From: Dehalococcoidia bacterium
Lineage (GTDB): Bacteria; Chloroflexota; Dehalococcoidia; Plut-88900
Direction: 5' to 3'
Length of the DNA: 64,000 nucleotides
Assembly (NCBI GenBank): GCA_965207225.1
Contig: CBDBLV010000005.1
Location: forward strand, 1,504,001 to 1,568,000
Shown: positions 1-11,295 of the stretch, in pieces
Layout of the letters: each line of letters starts with the position of its first letter
Position numbering within the stretch: the first letter of the stretch is position 1
Program-made: the position numbers and the translations under genes
The notes under the pieces: generated by a model
Database searches by the model: none
What the model was told of the DNA's origin: nothing
What the model saw: only the letters and a program-made list of their open reading frames with translations

Positions 1-2
1 CC

Positions 3-401
3 GATTACGAGCTTCCCGAGGGGCAGCACTTCGACCTGGTGAGCAACTTCTGGAGCGCCTATTCCTACCTGAACGACGAGGATGCCATCCGCGCACTGGT
101 GGAGAAGCTGGTCCGCTGGACGGCGCCGGGCGGAGCCCTCTACCTGGAACTGACCGTCCCGGAGCTGCTGGAGGATTTCAACCACAGCGAGTTCGCGGCG
201 GAGACGGGGGCCAGGGTCTCCCTGCGGTCACCCGACGGGGTGTGCTGGGACTACCACGACGCTGGCGGGGTCCACCGGATGATGAGCCCACCCCTGGAGT
301 TTTTCACCGGCATCATCGCGCCGCACTTCGCGGGGACCAGCCACCCGGTCATAGTCCGATCTATACGCCAGTTCGTTGCCTGGGGCAAGCGGCCCGACTG
401 A
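3..401 (+). CDS. Class I SAM-dependent methyltransferase, C-terminal part (5' end outside window)
   Basis: Frame is open from position 3; 'QHFDLVSNFWSAYSYL...LVRWTAPGGALYL' resembles post-motif II/III of class I MTases. Confidence 0.6.
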   Translation, partial: DYELPEGQHFDLVSNFWSAYSYLNDEDAIRALVEKLVRWTAPGGALYLELTVPELLEDFNHSEFAAETGARVSLRSPDGVCWDYHDAGGVHRMMSPPLEFFTGIIAPHFAGTSHPVIVRSIRQFVAWGKRPD

Positions 402-1069
402 TGAGGCGCCCGCCTCTGCTTCCACCACCAACCGTCACCGCCACCTTACCTTGTATTCGGACCTTCGTTTTTGCCGCCGTGGTCAGGGGCGACTCCTCCC
501 CTCAGAACCTCGCAGGATACTCGTTGGTCTGGTGACCGGCTGTGCGAGCATCTGCTGACTCGTTGCCGTCCCTCCCGCCCGACACTCCGGCAGGCTGGCG
601 TGCGTACCTATGACTAGGCCCTCATCGCGGACTTGCGCTACGAGAAACTCCTAGATCACACGCAGTTCCCCAACGGTCCGGTCGAGTGAGACTCCCTTCG
701 GGGCCTGCCAACTTCGGGGATTGAAATACTCGCTCGGAAGATCCATGAACGGTCCCCGGAATCCCGAGGCGCCGCTTTCGGGTCTCGCGGGGAAGAAGCT
801 GAACACCCCATTGATGGGGCGTCGGGTGTAGCTCCCCGATACAGCCGACCGCTGCCGGTCAGGGTCGCTCTCATAGCAACTGCGAAGGCGTCAGGCGTCC
901 ACAGGTTCAGCGCTGAGAGTCCGCTAGCAGCATCGTGTGGAACCGGGTCTTTGACCACGAGAAGGGTATCGAGCATCCATCTCCGCCGACCTTCGACGCC
1001 GACTCGTCATGCTAGAGGCTAACCTACCTCACGAGAGCCAACCGAGAGGAGAGAGCGAAGACTCCAACC

Positions 1070-1650
1070 TCACTCCTCGTCCGGCTTGCCCCCCTCCCCC
1101 GACGCCATCCGGTAGCCGACGCGGGGCTCTGTGAAGATGAACCTGGCACTGGCGGCGGTCTCGCCCAGCTTGCGGCGGATTCGCTTTGCCACCTCCCGCA
1201 CCAGTCTGGACTCGCCCACCCACTCCGGCCCCCACACCCGCTGGAGCAGCACGCCGTGGGTCAGCACCCTGGGGGCGTGGACCGAGAGTTCGTAGAGCAC
1301 CGCGTACTCCGTGGCCGTCGCCTCCACCGGCTCCCCGTCCACCGTCACCCTGCGCTGGGCGTAGTAGGAGCTCAGCCCCGCAGCGAAGTAGGGTCCAGGC
1401 GGCTCGCCCTGGAAGGGCTCCAGCCGCCGCCTGAGCGCTACCCTGATCCTGGCCGCCAGTTCCGTGGGCGAGAAGGGCTTGACCACGTAGTCGGCCGCCC
1501 CCATGTCGAAGGCCCTGGCGATGGTCTCGTTCTCGCCGTACACCGACAGGAAGACGACGATCGCGTCCGTCCTCCTGCGGATGTCGTTCATCAGCTCGAT
1601 GCCGTCGCTGTCCGGCAGCATGAGGTCTAGGCGGGGCTTCTCCTCCTCCA
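1070..1650 (-). pseudogene. OmpR/KdpE-type response regulator lacking the N-terminal part of its receiver domain
   Basis: 'LDLMLPDSDGIEL...GAADYVVKPFSPTELAARI' plus winged helix 'TEYAVLYEL...LLQRVWG...FIFTEPRVGYRM'; no acidic-pocket strand upstream. Confidence 0.75.
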
Positions 1651-1832
1651 CTTGCGGCCTACGCCGATCCCCTCGGGCGCGGCCCATGATCTGTCCCCCA
1701 GGCGGCCAGGGAGCCAAGGGAGACCGTGGCGGCTATTCCCTATATTCTTCCTCTTGGGGTCTAGTTGTCATGATCCACCCTAAAGTCGCATTCTAGGGGA
1801 GTCTTTTCGTGTGGTCCTCGCGTTTTCGGGTC

Positions 1833-3794
1833 CTATTCCTGGTCCTGCCTCGCGTTACGTAGCGCCTTGCGCTTACGCCATGCGATCGTCCTGTGACTCG
1901 GGGTGCAATAGTTGGCCTTGCGTACGCGAAGGACCTCGAAAGTGACCCCGCATAAAGCGCACTGGACCAGGACCGGAGCGGGGTGGACCCTCCCGAACAT
2001 ATGCACGCCCTTGGCCGCCGGGCGGTACCTCGGTGATGCCGGGACGGGGGCGATGGCCGGGGCCTCCGCTGCCGGCAGGGTGAAGGTGAACCGCGCCTCC
2101 AGGCCCGGCCCGTCGCTCTCGGCCGCGATGCGGCCCCCGTGGGCCTCCACGATTCCCTTGCAGATGGCGAGCCCCAGGCCCGACCCGTCCACGCCCGCGC
2201 CGCCCTCGGCAACGCCGGCACACGAGAACTTCCTGAAGAGCTCGGGTAGCATCTCCGCCGGGATGTTCCGGCCTCGGTCGGTCACCGAGACCGCCACTTG
2301 CACGCCCTCCCTCGCGGCGGTCACCGCTATGGGCGACCCCTGGGGAGAGTAGGCGTCGGCGTTGGACAGCAGGTTGCCCAGCACCTGCACGATGCGCCGC
2401 CGGTCGGCCATAACCAGGGGCAGGTCGTCGGCTAGCCGCACCTCCAGGGCAGTCGCGGCGTCTCCCGTGAGGAACCGGATTGCGGCCTCCTCCACCAGCG
2501 TCCGCACCTCGGCGGGCTCCGGGTCCACCGCCAGCGCCCCCGTCTCGATGCGGGCCACGTCCAGCAGGTCGCCGATGAGGCGGCGCATGTGGTCCGACTG
2601 GTCGCGGATGATGCGGTGGAACTGCGCCGTCTCGGTGGGGTCGAGGTCACCCGCCGCCTCCAGCAGCGTGGTGACCGACCCCTTGATGGAGGTCAGGGGA
2701 GAGTGGAGCTCGTGGCTCACCATGGCCAGGAACTCGGCCCGAAGCCGCTCTTGCTCCTCCACCCCCGCCATGTCCTGCATGGTGACCACCACCGACTCCA
2801 CCTCGCCGTCGTCCGAGCGGATGGGGGTGGCGTTGAGCAGCACGGTCACGCCCCGCCCGTCGGGGACCGCCATGACGATCTCCTCGGCCCGCATCGTCTC
2901 GGAGTCGCCCAGGAAGCGTGCCAGGGGGAACTCCCGCAGGGATACCTCGCTCCCGTCGGCCCGCCACACGGTCAGCAGAGCCAGCAGGTCCTCAGGTGAT
3001 TGGTCCGGATTCCGCAGCCTGTCGACGATCCTGCGGGCCTCCGGGTTGAAGGACGGTACGGTCCCCGTCTTCATGTCGAAGACGACGACGCCCACCGGCG
3101 AGGTGTCGATGAGCGTCTGAAGGGCCGACCTTGCCCGCTGCTCCTCCCGGTGCCTGCGGGCGTTGGCGATGACCAGGGCCGCCTGGGAGGCGAACGTCAC
3201 CAGCCTCTCCTCATCCTCCTTCGTGAACTCCCGGCCCGGCTCGCCGTGCCCAACGTAGAGATGGCCCGAGCGAACGCCCTGGTGGAGTAGCGGGGCCGCC
3301 ATGAACGCTGTCAGCGTCACCGGCGAGCTGAACTCCCCGAAGCCGATGGAGCTTGTGAACTCTTCAAGATGGCCTATCCGCAGGGGGCTGGTGAGGGCGT
3401 TCAGGTACTCGAAGAACATCTCCCCCTCGGGGGCCTGCCAGAGTTGCTCCACGTCGGCGGGGTCGAAGCCCAGGACCAGGTGGTCGTCCACCGCGCCCGA
3501 ATCGTCCAGCGTGATGATGGCGGCGTAGGGCGCGTCGGTCAGAGAGCGAGCAGACTCCATCAAGGCTTGGAGCGCCGCGTCCACGTCCAGGCTCTCGTTG
3601 ATGCGCAGGCTGGCCGCGCTCAGGCGGGAGAGGCGCTCCCGCAGGGCCTCGAAGTCGCGGTCCCGCTGATCCGAATCGGTCAATGGCTTTCTCCCAGCCG
3701 GCCCGCAGTACCGAGGGATCTCACGGGCCGGGGCATGACGGTCTCTCTCTGGATAATACACCAAATCATACAAAGACACCACTAAAAACCCCAT
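1833..3794 (-). CDS. GAF-PAS sensor histidine kinase (true start probably TTG ~3683; aberrant C-terminal tail)
   Basis: H-box 'FLAMVSHELHSPLTSIKG', N-box 'QVLGNLLSNA', G2 'GSGLGLAICKGIVEAHGGRI'; GAF and PAS-like regions upstream. Confidence 0.9.
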   Translation of the reverse strand: MGFLVVSLYDLVYYPERDRHAPAREIPRYCGPAGRKPLTDSDQRDRDFEALRERLSRLSAASLRINESLDVDAALQALMESARSLTDAPYAAIITLDDSGAVDDHLVLGFDPADVEQLWQAPEGEMFFEYLNALTSPLRIGHLEEFTSSIGFGEFSSPVTLTAFMAAPLLHQGVRSGHLYVGHGEPGREFTKEDEERLVTFASQAALVIANARRHREEQRARSALQTLIDTSPVGVVVFDMKTGTVPSFNPEARRIVDRLRNPDQSPEDLLALLTVWRADGSEVSLREFPLARFLGDSETMRAEEIVMAVPDGRGVTVLLNATPIRSDDGEVESVVVTMQDMAGVEEQERLRAEFLAMVSHELHSPLTSIKGSVTTLLEAAGDLDPTETAQFHRIIRDQSDHMRRLIGDLLDVARIETGALAVDPEPAEVRTLVEEAAIRFLTGDAATALEVRLADDLPLVMADRRRIVQVLGNLLSNADAYSPQGSPIAVTAAREGVQVAVSVTDRGRNIPAEMLPELFRKFSCAGVAEGGAGVDGSGLGLAICKGIVEAHGGRIAAESDGPGLEARFTFTLPAAEAPAIAPVPASPRYRPAAKGVHMFGRVHPAPVLVQCALCGVTFEVLRVRKANYCTPSHRTIAWRKRKALRNARQDQE

Positions 3795-4044
3795 TAGTGA
3801 TATGCTTGGTCTGATAGTGTTTTGCTGGGCTTATATGCCGCGGAGCCGGTCGGCCTCTGTCGCCCCGGCCCGGCCGGACCCCTGAACGATGGAACGACCG
3901 ATGGAGCGGTAGATTCTTTAGAGGAGGCACGACAGCCATGTTCGGTACAGGAAGCGACAGGAGCACGATGCGCCGCCTGCTGAGGGCGGCCATGGCCGTT
4001 ATCCCCTCGGAAACGGACGTTCTGGCCCCTTCGGACGGACTGGC

Positions 4045-6642
4045 ATGATGCGCGTCTCATCCCTCCGACGCTTCTCCCCATCGCTACTCATCCTTGCCGC
4101 CGCCCTGGCCGCGCTGGCCGCCTTCGGGATGCCCACCAATACGGCCCGCGCCCAGGAGGTAGGCACCGTCTGGGAGGCCACCCTGACAGTGGGCGACGGC
4201 GGCACCTGGCTGGGTTATAGATCGACCGATGTAGCCTCCCCACAGATAGGCAACCTCTCGGGCACTCCGCCCCAGTCAGCCACTTACCGAAGCAAAAGAT
4301 TTGAGTGGAGGGGCACGGTTTACACGGTCGATTCGGTTGCGCTTTTCACTTCGGGGGGCACACTTCAGCTCCGGCTCCACCGGGCCGCAGGGAGCCTTAG
4401 AAAAACGGATTTGGTGCTGCACGTCGGCGGCCGGGAATTTCCCCTGTCCGACGCCGGCACGGCACTCAGCGGCAAGGCTTTGCAATGGAGCAACAGCGGC
4501 CTGAGCTGGTCTGACGGCGACACGATACAGCTGCGTTTGGCGGCCCCGGTCGGCGGCTGCGCAAGCTTCGAGCAATACGATGATTTGCTGTGGCAAATGA
4601 CCAATCAGGGCGAATCGGAGGAGTCGGCGCGCCAACGGCTGGAAACCTATTGCACGGCCCTGGCCGACATGTACGAAAACTTCCCGACCGGACTCAGTAA
4701 GCGCGAGCGTATCCTCTGGCGGGGCACGGTATGGATTTGGCCACTGCCCAATGGCGGACTGGGCTGCAGCAGCCCCGCAGAAGGATTTCGTCCCGAATGC
4801 CCGGGCGATGCGTCATTCCACTTGGACCCCGCCAATGAAGGCACAGGTCACCCGCCGATCCGAATAACAGAGATACGGGCAGACCCAGCCGTCGGGGTTT
4901 ACGTGCATTTCAACCGGCCCTTTCCCGAGGCTTTCAGGGACCGACTCAGACTCTGGGCCCATGCGCCGTTCGACGGTCTTGATGAGGCCCATCTTTCGGA
5001 AGGCCGGGCCGCGCTGCCGGTCCAGCTCGGCGGCTATTCCCGATTTAAGAATGACCGGGGCCTCACCAAAGAAAATTGGCTCTTCAGAAAGCTTGGAACA
5101 AGCGACGCGCAGGGCCTCATTTTCGAATTTGTCGCCTCAGGCGTTGACTGGCCCGACGGCCATCACGTAACGGTGGCCCTGACGCTGGTACCCGGAACGG
5201 CGGCGCAGCAGCAGCAGGCACCGCACGGAATCACGGTGACCGCCGCCAACCCCCTCGGCGTGTCCGAGGACGGGAGCGGAACCTACACCGTCGTGCTGGA
5301 CAGAGAGCCCACGGCGGACGTGACCCTCACGGCCACGAGCAGCGACACCGGCGCGGCGAGCGTCAGCCCGGCATCCCACACCTTCACCGCGTCCAACTGG
5401 TACGAGCCCGCCACCTTCACCGTGAGCGGCGTGGCCGACGACGACACCAATGACGAGAGTGTGGGCGTCAGCCACTCGGTGACCAGCCAGGACAGCGGGT
5501 ACGAGAACGTGCTGGCGCCCTCTGTGCGAGTAACCGTGTCGGACACCACGCAGGAGCAGGAACAGCAGCAGGAGCCGGAGGAACCGGAGGAGAAGGACTA
5601 CTCCGCCCTCATCGCCAAGGTGAGGGAGTGGCGCAACGACCCGGCTTGGGTGGACGACAAGGCCCACACCGACCGCTGGGACCGGGTGCTGCTGGCCCTG
5701 GGCGAGGAGGTGTCGGACGAGACGCTGACGCCCATGACGGCCGCTGAGGCCCAGCAGCTGGCCGACAAAGGCTGGCAACGCTGGGTGAGGGTGGTCGAGG
5801 CACTGACGGAGATCGAGGGCGGCGGCCAGCAACAGCAGACGCCCACCAACAGCGCGCCCACGGTGTCGGCATCAATCGCCGACGTCACCATCGTCAACGA
5901 GAGCGGGACGAAGGAGGTCTCCCTGGCCGGCGTGTTCAGCGACGCCGACAACCATGCCCTGACCATCACCGCCCAATCCTCGGACACCACCATCGCCACG
6001 GTGTCGGTATCCGCCGACCACTCCACGCTGACGGTGACAGCGAAGGCCAGTGGCACGGCGACCGTCACGGTCACAGCCGACGACGGCAACAGCGGCACGG
6101 TGAATGACACGTTCACGATGACGGTGAAGGCCGCGCCGGTGGTGGCCTCGGCCATCGCCGACGTGAGCGGCCTGACGGCGGGCAACTCGCAAGACGTGTC
6201 CCTGTCCGGGGTGTTCAGCGACGCCGACGGCGATAGCCTGACCATCACGGCCCAATCTTCCGACACGGCCAAGGCCACCGTATCCGTTGCCTCCGACGGC
6301 TCCAAGCTGACGCTGACGGGTGTGGCCGAGGGCACGGCGACCATCACGGTGACAGCGCAGGACTCCGACGGCATCACGGTCAGCGACGCCTTCGACGTGG
6401 CGGTGAAGGACTACTCCGCCCTCATCGCCAAGGTGAAGGATTGGCGCAACGACCCGAACTGGGTGGACAACAAGACCCACACCGACCGCTGGGACCGCGT
6501 ATTGCTGGCCCTGGGCGAAGAGGTGTCGGACAAGACGCTGACGCCCATGACAGCGGCGGAGGCCCAGACTTACGCCGACAAGGGCTGGCAGCGCTGGGTC
6601 GAGGTGGCCGAAGCTCTGAACGCTCTCCAAGGAGATGAATGA
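4045..6642 (+). CDS. Secreted/surface protein with Ig/cadherin-like repeats and two copies of a Trp-rich ~70 aa domain
   Basis: Signal peptide ending 'ARA-Q'; two Ig-like repeats 'VSL.GVFSDAD...LTITAQSSDT..ATVSV'; duplicated 'KDYSALIAKV..WRNDP.WVD' domain. Confidence 0.8.
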   Translation: MMRVSSLRRFSPSLLILAAALAALAAFGMPTNTARAQEVGTVWEATLTVGDGGTWLGYRSTDVASPQIGNLSGTPPQSATYRSKRFEWRGTVYTVDSVALFTSGGTLQLRLHRAAGSLRKTDLVLHVGGREFPLSDAGTALSGKALQWSNSGLSWSDGDTIQLRLAAPVGGCASFEQYDDLLWQMTNQGESEESARQRLETYCTALADMYENFPTGLSKRERILWRGTVWIWPLPNGGLGCSSPAEGFRPECPGDASFHLDPANEGTGHPPIRITEIRADPAVGVYVHFNRPFPEAFRDRLRLWAHAPFDGLDEAHLSEGRAALPVQLGGYSRFKNDRGLTKENWLFRKLGTSDAQGLIFEFVASGVDWPDGHHVTVALTLVPGTAAQQQQAPHGITVTAANPLGVSEDGSGTYTVVLDREPTADVTLTATSSDTGAASVSPASHTFTASNWYEPATFTVSGVADDDTNDESVGVSHSVTSQDSGYENVLAPSVRVTVSDTTQEQEQQQEPEEPEEKDYSALIAKVREWRNDPAWVDDKAHTDRWDRVLLALGEEVSDETLTPMTAAEAQQLADKGWQRWVRVVEALTEIEGGGQQQQTPTNSAPTVSASIADVTIVNESGTKEVSLAGVFSDADNHALTITAQSSDTTIATVSVSADHSTLTVTAKASGTATVTVTADDGNSGTVNDTFTMTVKAAPVVASAIADVSGLTAGNSQDVSLSGVFSDADGDSLTITAQSSDTAKATVSVASDGSKLTLTGVAEGTATITVTAQDSDGITVSDAFDVAVKDYSALIAKVKDWRNDPNWVDNKTHTDRWDRVLLALGEEVSDKTLTPMTAAEAQTYADKGWQRWVEVAEALNALQGDE
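5593..6615 (+). repeat. Dispersed ~210-bp intragenic direct repeat (about 5593-5805 and 6406-6615) bracketing two Ig-repeat units
   Basis: Both copies begin aaggactactccgccctcatcgccaaggtga and remain near-identical. Confidence 0.9.
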
Positions 6643-7271
6643 GGGCTACGTGGCCTTTGTTGCTCCCGTGGACAAGTTGCTATCGCCGGACACGACTTAT
6701 CGATTCGTTTGGAGGGGCTAAAGGCGGCCGTCGCCTACAATAACGAGGCTGAAACGGTGGACTGCAGGTGGTTCGCCCTTAAGAGAAATCCGGGCAGGAC
6801 GGTAGACGGCCACTCCAATCCGACGATGATTGGAGGCGATGTCCAGTACTTGCTTCGAATGCCTCCACATTACCACAACTCTGGAGGCGATGAAGTGCCA
6901 GTTGATTGAGATGGCAAATGGCTGGTAACGGATACACTGCGCAATTTGGCGGCGGGCGATGACGGCCACGTCTTTGGTTCGGGCTTGCGCCGAGACAAGT
7001 ATGTCCGGCAGAGGGGAATACCGGGTTTCTCACCTCGCCGATAGGAAGCACTCAATGATCAAAGACAAGTTGGAGAGTTAGCCGATGTCTTGGCAGTGGT
7101 TGTCTTCATTACTACCTCCTGCGTGCGTGAGGTCGTCACATTGTCGCCCACTGCGACATTTGCCCCGAAATCGAGCCCCGTTCCGACCGCTGCGAACTGC
7201 CAGGCCAAACTCATCTGTCTTTTCCTCTAATGCATGTGCGACGAGGGCGTAGACAGATATGCTAAGGGAAT

Positions 7272-8981
7272 ATGAACCGGCTTGGCGCTTCGACGGATGC
7301 GAGGCGCAAGGGAATCAAACTCCAAGACCATCGTAGATGCCGGAATTCTCATATTAGGAGGCTGCAATTGGACAAGGTGTTCCTGGGTGGAAACGTCATG
7401 ACAATGACGCCATCAGATAGACGGGCGGAGGCGGTGGCTGTGAGAGATGGCAAGATTTTCGCTGTCGGCAGCAGCGAGGAGATAGGGAGCATGGTCTCTG
7501 TTACGACGGAGGTCGTACATCTTGCCGGTCGAACGCTCATCCCGGGGTTCATCGACCCTCACAACCATTTCTCTGCCACGGTGTTCGAACCGGTTTCGGT
7601 CGACTGTTGGACTCCGCCCCATGAGAGTATTGAAGGGATCAAGGAGGCCATCGCCCGGGCGACCAGCGCAGCTCTTCCGCATCAGTGGATATGGGGGTGG
7701 GGGTTCAATGGGAGCCTCGTTCGCGAGACCCGCAACCTCACCCGTCGGGACCTCGATGATGCCGCTCCCGAGAACCCCGTATGCATCGTGGACAAGTCCT
7801 ACCACAACTGCTATGCAAATTCCGAAGCACTTCGACTGGCGGGAATAGATGCCGACACCCCTGATCCACCCTGTGGCAGGATCCTAAGGGACGACAGTGG
7901 CTATTCCACGGGTGAACTGTGGGAGAGGGCTATGGACCTTGTCCACTCCCTGTGCTTCAAGGCCCACCTCGACCACTATGGGGAGTCGGCCGGCGAGTAT
8001 GTCTATCGCAACTCGATGAAGCACCTAGCGGTGGGAATCACGTCCTTGGGAGAGGCCCTGGTTACACCTGATGCCGCGGGTCTGTACCGTATGGCCGATG
8101 AGCAGGGAAATCTGCCCATAGCCCTGCGGCAACAGCTAGGAGGACGCAGGTTCTTTGACGTGCCGGAGGAGGCCTCCCGGGGAGAGATGGGGGTCGAGGA
8201 TTCATCGGACAGGCTTAGGGGCGGAACCCTGAAGATTTTCATGGACCCCCAATTCCCGGATTCAGGCCATTTCAAGTGCCATGACGACGGGCGGATTGAG
8301 CGGATCGGGTCTAGATTCTACACGCAGGAAGAGGCCGACCATCTAGTGCTTTCCGCGCACCGGTTGGGGATGCAGGTGATAATCCATTGCCTCGGGCCCT
8401 GGGCCATCGAGCAGGCACTCAACTCCTTTGAACGGGCGTTGAGGGACCAACCGACCTCCGACCCACGTTTCAGGATTGAGCACTTCACGCTTCCAACCCG
8501 GGAGCAGATCGACAAAGCCCGCTCCCTCGACGTCATAGCCTCCGTTCAACCGCCCTTCATATACACCTGGGCTGACCAACAGGAGGCGCAGGCGCAGGAG
8601 TTAGGCCGCACATTCGGTGTAGAGGCCTACCGAAGCATGATAGACGGAGGCATAGTGGTCGCCGCCGGATCGGACAACCCTTGCACACCTCTCGATCCTC
8701 TCATAGGAATCCAGGCGGCAGTAAACAGGGTAGCGCGCAGGACAGGTCAACCCGTAGTAGCCGAAGAGGCCGTCACTCCCCTGGAAGCTCTGAGGATGTA
8801 TACCATCAACTCAGCGATAGCGTTGCGCAGGGAATCGGAGGTGGGTTCCCTCGAAGTCGGGAAACGGGCTGACCTCGCGGTCCTTAGCCATGACCCCACC
8901 AAAGCACATGTCGATTTCATCGCAGACATAGCCGTCGAGCACACCTATATCGATGGAAAGTGCCTTTACAGCAGATACTAG
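7272..8981 (+). CDS. Amidohydrolase family 3 (YtcJ-like) metal-dependent hydrolase; start probably ~7367-7398
   Basis: 'LIPGFIDPHNH', 'HCLG', 'RIEH', 'GSDNP', 'GSLEVGKRADLAVL'. Confidence 0.9.
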   Translation: MNRLGASTDARRKGIKLQDHRRCRNSHIRRLQLDKVFLGGNVMTMTPSDRRAEAVAVRDGKIFAVGSSEEIGSMVSVTTEVVHLAGRTLIPGFIDPHNHFSATVFEPVSVDCWTPPHESIEGIKEAIARATSAALPHQWIWGWGFNGSLVRETRNLTRRDLDDAAPENPVCIVDKSYHNCYANSEALRLAGIDADTPDPPCGRILRDDSGYSTGELWERAMDLVHSLCFKAHLDHYGESAGEYVYRNSMKHLAVGITSLGEALVTPDAAGLYRMADEQGNLPIALRQQLGGRRFFDVPEEASRGEMGVEDSSDRLRGGTLKIFMDPQFPDSGHFKCHDDGRIERIGSRFYTQEEADHLVLSAHRLGMQVIIHCLGPWAIEQALNSFERALRDQPTSDPRFRIEHFTLPTREQIDKARSLDVIASVQPPFIYTWADQQEAQAQELGRTFGVEAYRSMIDGGIVVAAGSDNPCTPLDPLIGIQAAVNRVARRTGQPVVAEEAVTPLEALRMYTINSAIALRRESEVGSLEVGKRADLAVLSHDPTKAHVDFIADIAVEHTYIDGKCLYSRY

Positions 8982-9421
8982 GTACACGGAAAGGGACATT
9001 TGCTTGTTAAGCAGTTACGCATGCATGATGATAGACGAAGCGACCGTATCGACGGCCTCGGTGGTTTCCTCATAGCCAAGTGAATCAATTGGAAATGATG
9101 GGTGAAAATCCTCCAGATGCTATCTTGACTGAGGTTCGGGGTGCCTTTCGACTGAACCTAGTCTCACCGAACTGCCGTGGTTGGACTGGTAGTTGACGTT
9201 CCCTTTCATAGCAGCTCTGGAGCGTGGGTGCCGAGTCTTTGGGTGATATGTCTTCCAATAACGCCGATCTTATGGGCATTGCCAAGTGGAGTTGGGGTAT
9301 CGTTGAACTACCTCGTGAGGACGCGGGAGATCGACCCTGATTTTATGCCGGTAGAACAGGCCCACAAGCGCGAAGGGCAGAAGTTGCCTGCTGACCACGA
9401 GGACGACGGGTTCGTTGGCCT

Positions 9422-9946
9422 CTATTCAAACCCGGGCAATACAGAAAAGCTGTAACCTCTATTCGTGCGCCACCAGCCGATAGTGGTGCAGTTGTTGATG
9501 CTATAGATCCTCAACAAACGCTCTGCCTGTTCTATACAGCTTGTCGGTACTGCCAGCCACCACTTATCGTAAGCCCGGGAGTAGTTGACCCACTGGGCCT
9601 TTGCTTCTCGTGCTGTAACAAGGACTTCGGTTTCGACCTCGATGAGGATGGATGGTTCAGCCATGAGGTCATCGTGCACCTGCACGTCAATTAAGCAGTC
9701 TCTAAACCGTCTCCCGGTGGAAACGTGCTTGCCAGCCTGTTCGTAACGACTTCTTATCGACAGAACGACTCCCTTGTGGTCATCCCCTTCTGATTCCAGT
9801 GCCCGGAAGATATTGTGGCCGCTTTTACCGCTTATAGTGCAATCCTTCCAAATGTTCCTCTTGGCGAGGTCGTCTCCAATCACTTGGCAGAAAAGCCTGG
9901 GAACAAACCCAGGTGGCTTTGGCGCTACCGATCTGCTGGCCTGCAC
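9422..9946 (-). CDS. Hypothetical protein, possible PD-(D/E)xK-like fold (start uncertain)
   Basis: 'LIDVQV...ILIEVET...WWLAVP' pattern in the C-terminal ~120 aa. Confidence 0.4.
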   Translation of the reverse strand: MQASRSVAPKPPGFVPRLFCQVIGDDLAKRNIWKDCTISGKSGHNIFRALESEGDDHKGVVLSIRSRYEQAGKHVSTGRRFRDCLIDVQVHDDLMAEPSILIEVETEVLVTAREAKAQWVNYSRAYDKWWLAVPTSCIEQAERLLRIYSINNCTTIGWWRTNRGYSFSVLPGFE

Positions 9947-11295
9947 TCAGGTCGTTGCGCAGGTTGAAGTTGGTCCCCATTACTACACCGCATTTCCCAG
10001 AATCCGTGTTTTCATTGAAAGGGACAGGCCAACGCTCCCCCTTTGAGCTAAATGTTTCCCACAATGAAGTTGTCCCGGAGGCAGGATCGGATGACCTTGC
10101 CTTCGATTCCGGTGATAGAGGCACTGACGGCCCGCACCTCCTTGCCTGCGTCCATCTATTTTAAGACTGCCTCCGACTTGCTGGCCTTGATTGACACGGG
10201 CCTTGGGTTGGGGCCTGAAGGAGGGGCCTGGCTTTAGTGTCATGGGCCAGCGTTGGATGCACGATCGAATGGACGGGCACATGGAGGCTGGACGTGCCTG
10301 CTGACACTCCGTGCAACACCCCTTTCTATGGCCTAGCTTCCAACCTTTTAACGGTTTCAAGCGTCGGACTTATCGCCTGACTCACCACGTACAACTCCCG
10401 CCTCTTCTCGCCGAAGTTGACAATCATTTGGACTGCATCGTCTTTCGCTGAGTCACTGCTACCGCTCGTGATCTTGCCCGGCATTGTCATTGAGTGGATG
10501 AACCGGAACTTAGGGACGGCCTCAAGCCGGGGGTCGTCGTTCTTGAGCTGTCCTTCCGTAAAGATTCATACCCTCGGACCAAAGGAAAAAATAGTTCGTC
10601 GGTCAGTCCCGAGGACGGTAAGTTCTGCACTCGGACCCGATTACCGAGAAGCCTCGGCAATGCACTACCTCCACCCGTGGCCGTACGCAGACGATACCGA
10701 GTCGTCAGGCCCGACCTGAAACATTGTACAACATATCATATATAGCACAAGGAATTACTACTGCAGTCATTGATAAGACGTGATACCATACATTCTTGGT
10801 TAGTGCCCCCCGCCGAGAGAGGACGGTGTATAAGGGCGGAGTGTGGGCAGGGCCCGAAGCGGCCATTCCATCTCCGGGTCCCTCATCCCGGTTGAAAGAT
10901 CGGGTCGTTACTAAGTAGAGGGATGACTGTCATATTTGACACCGGGAGCGAAAGCAGGAGGCTACGCAGCCCGTTGATGGGGCCATTTCCCTACTACACA
11001 TGTCAGGAATATCACCTACCGATTTCAAGGAGAAGACGGGCATGATGCGGGCCTGTCCTTTACACGGATGCCGGCTCCATCGTTTGGCCACCCTGACCCT
11101 CATGCTGGCGGCCTGTGTGGGAAGTGCGCTGACCACCCCAGATCCCGCCCTCGGTTAGGCGTCTTAGGGGTGTGGCAGTACTGGGACCAACACTGCAGGA
11201 GGAGTTGGAACGGGGGAAGCGGCTGGCACCAGGGGCGTCGTATGATACATCCGCTCCTGCAGCATGGCTTGCCTACTAGGTAACGGCAGAAGTAT

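Noticed and set aside
656-976. Short ORF that may be a gene remnant
   Set aside because: Appears frameshifted and cannot be assigned to a family
9950-11290. Short ORFs in the 10-11.3 kb region
   Set aside because: No motifs or consistent coding signal; probably decayed DNA
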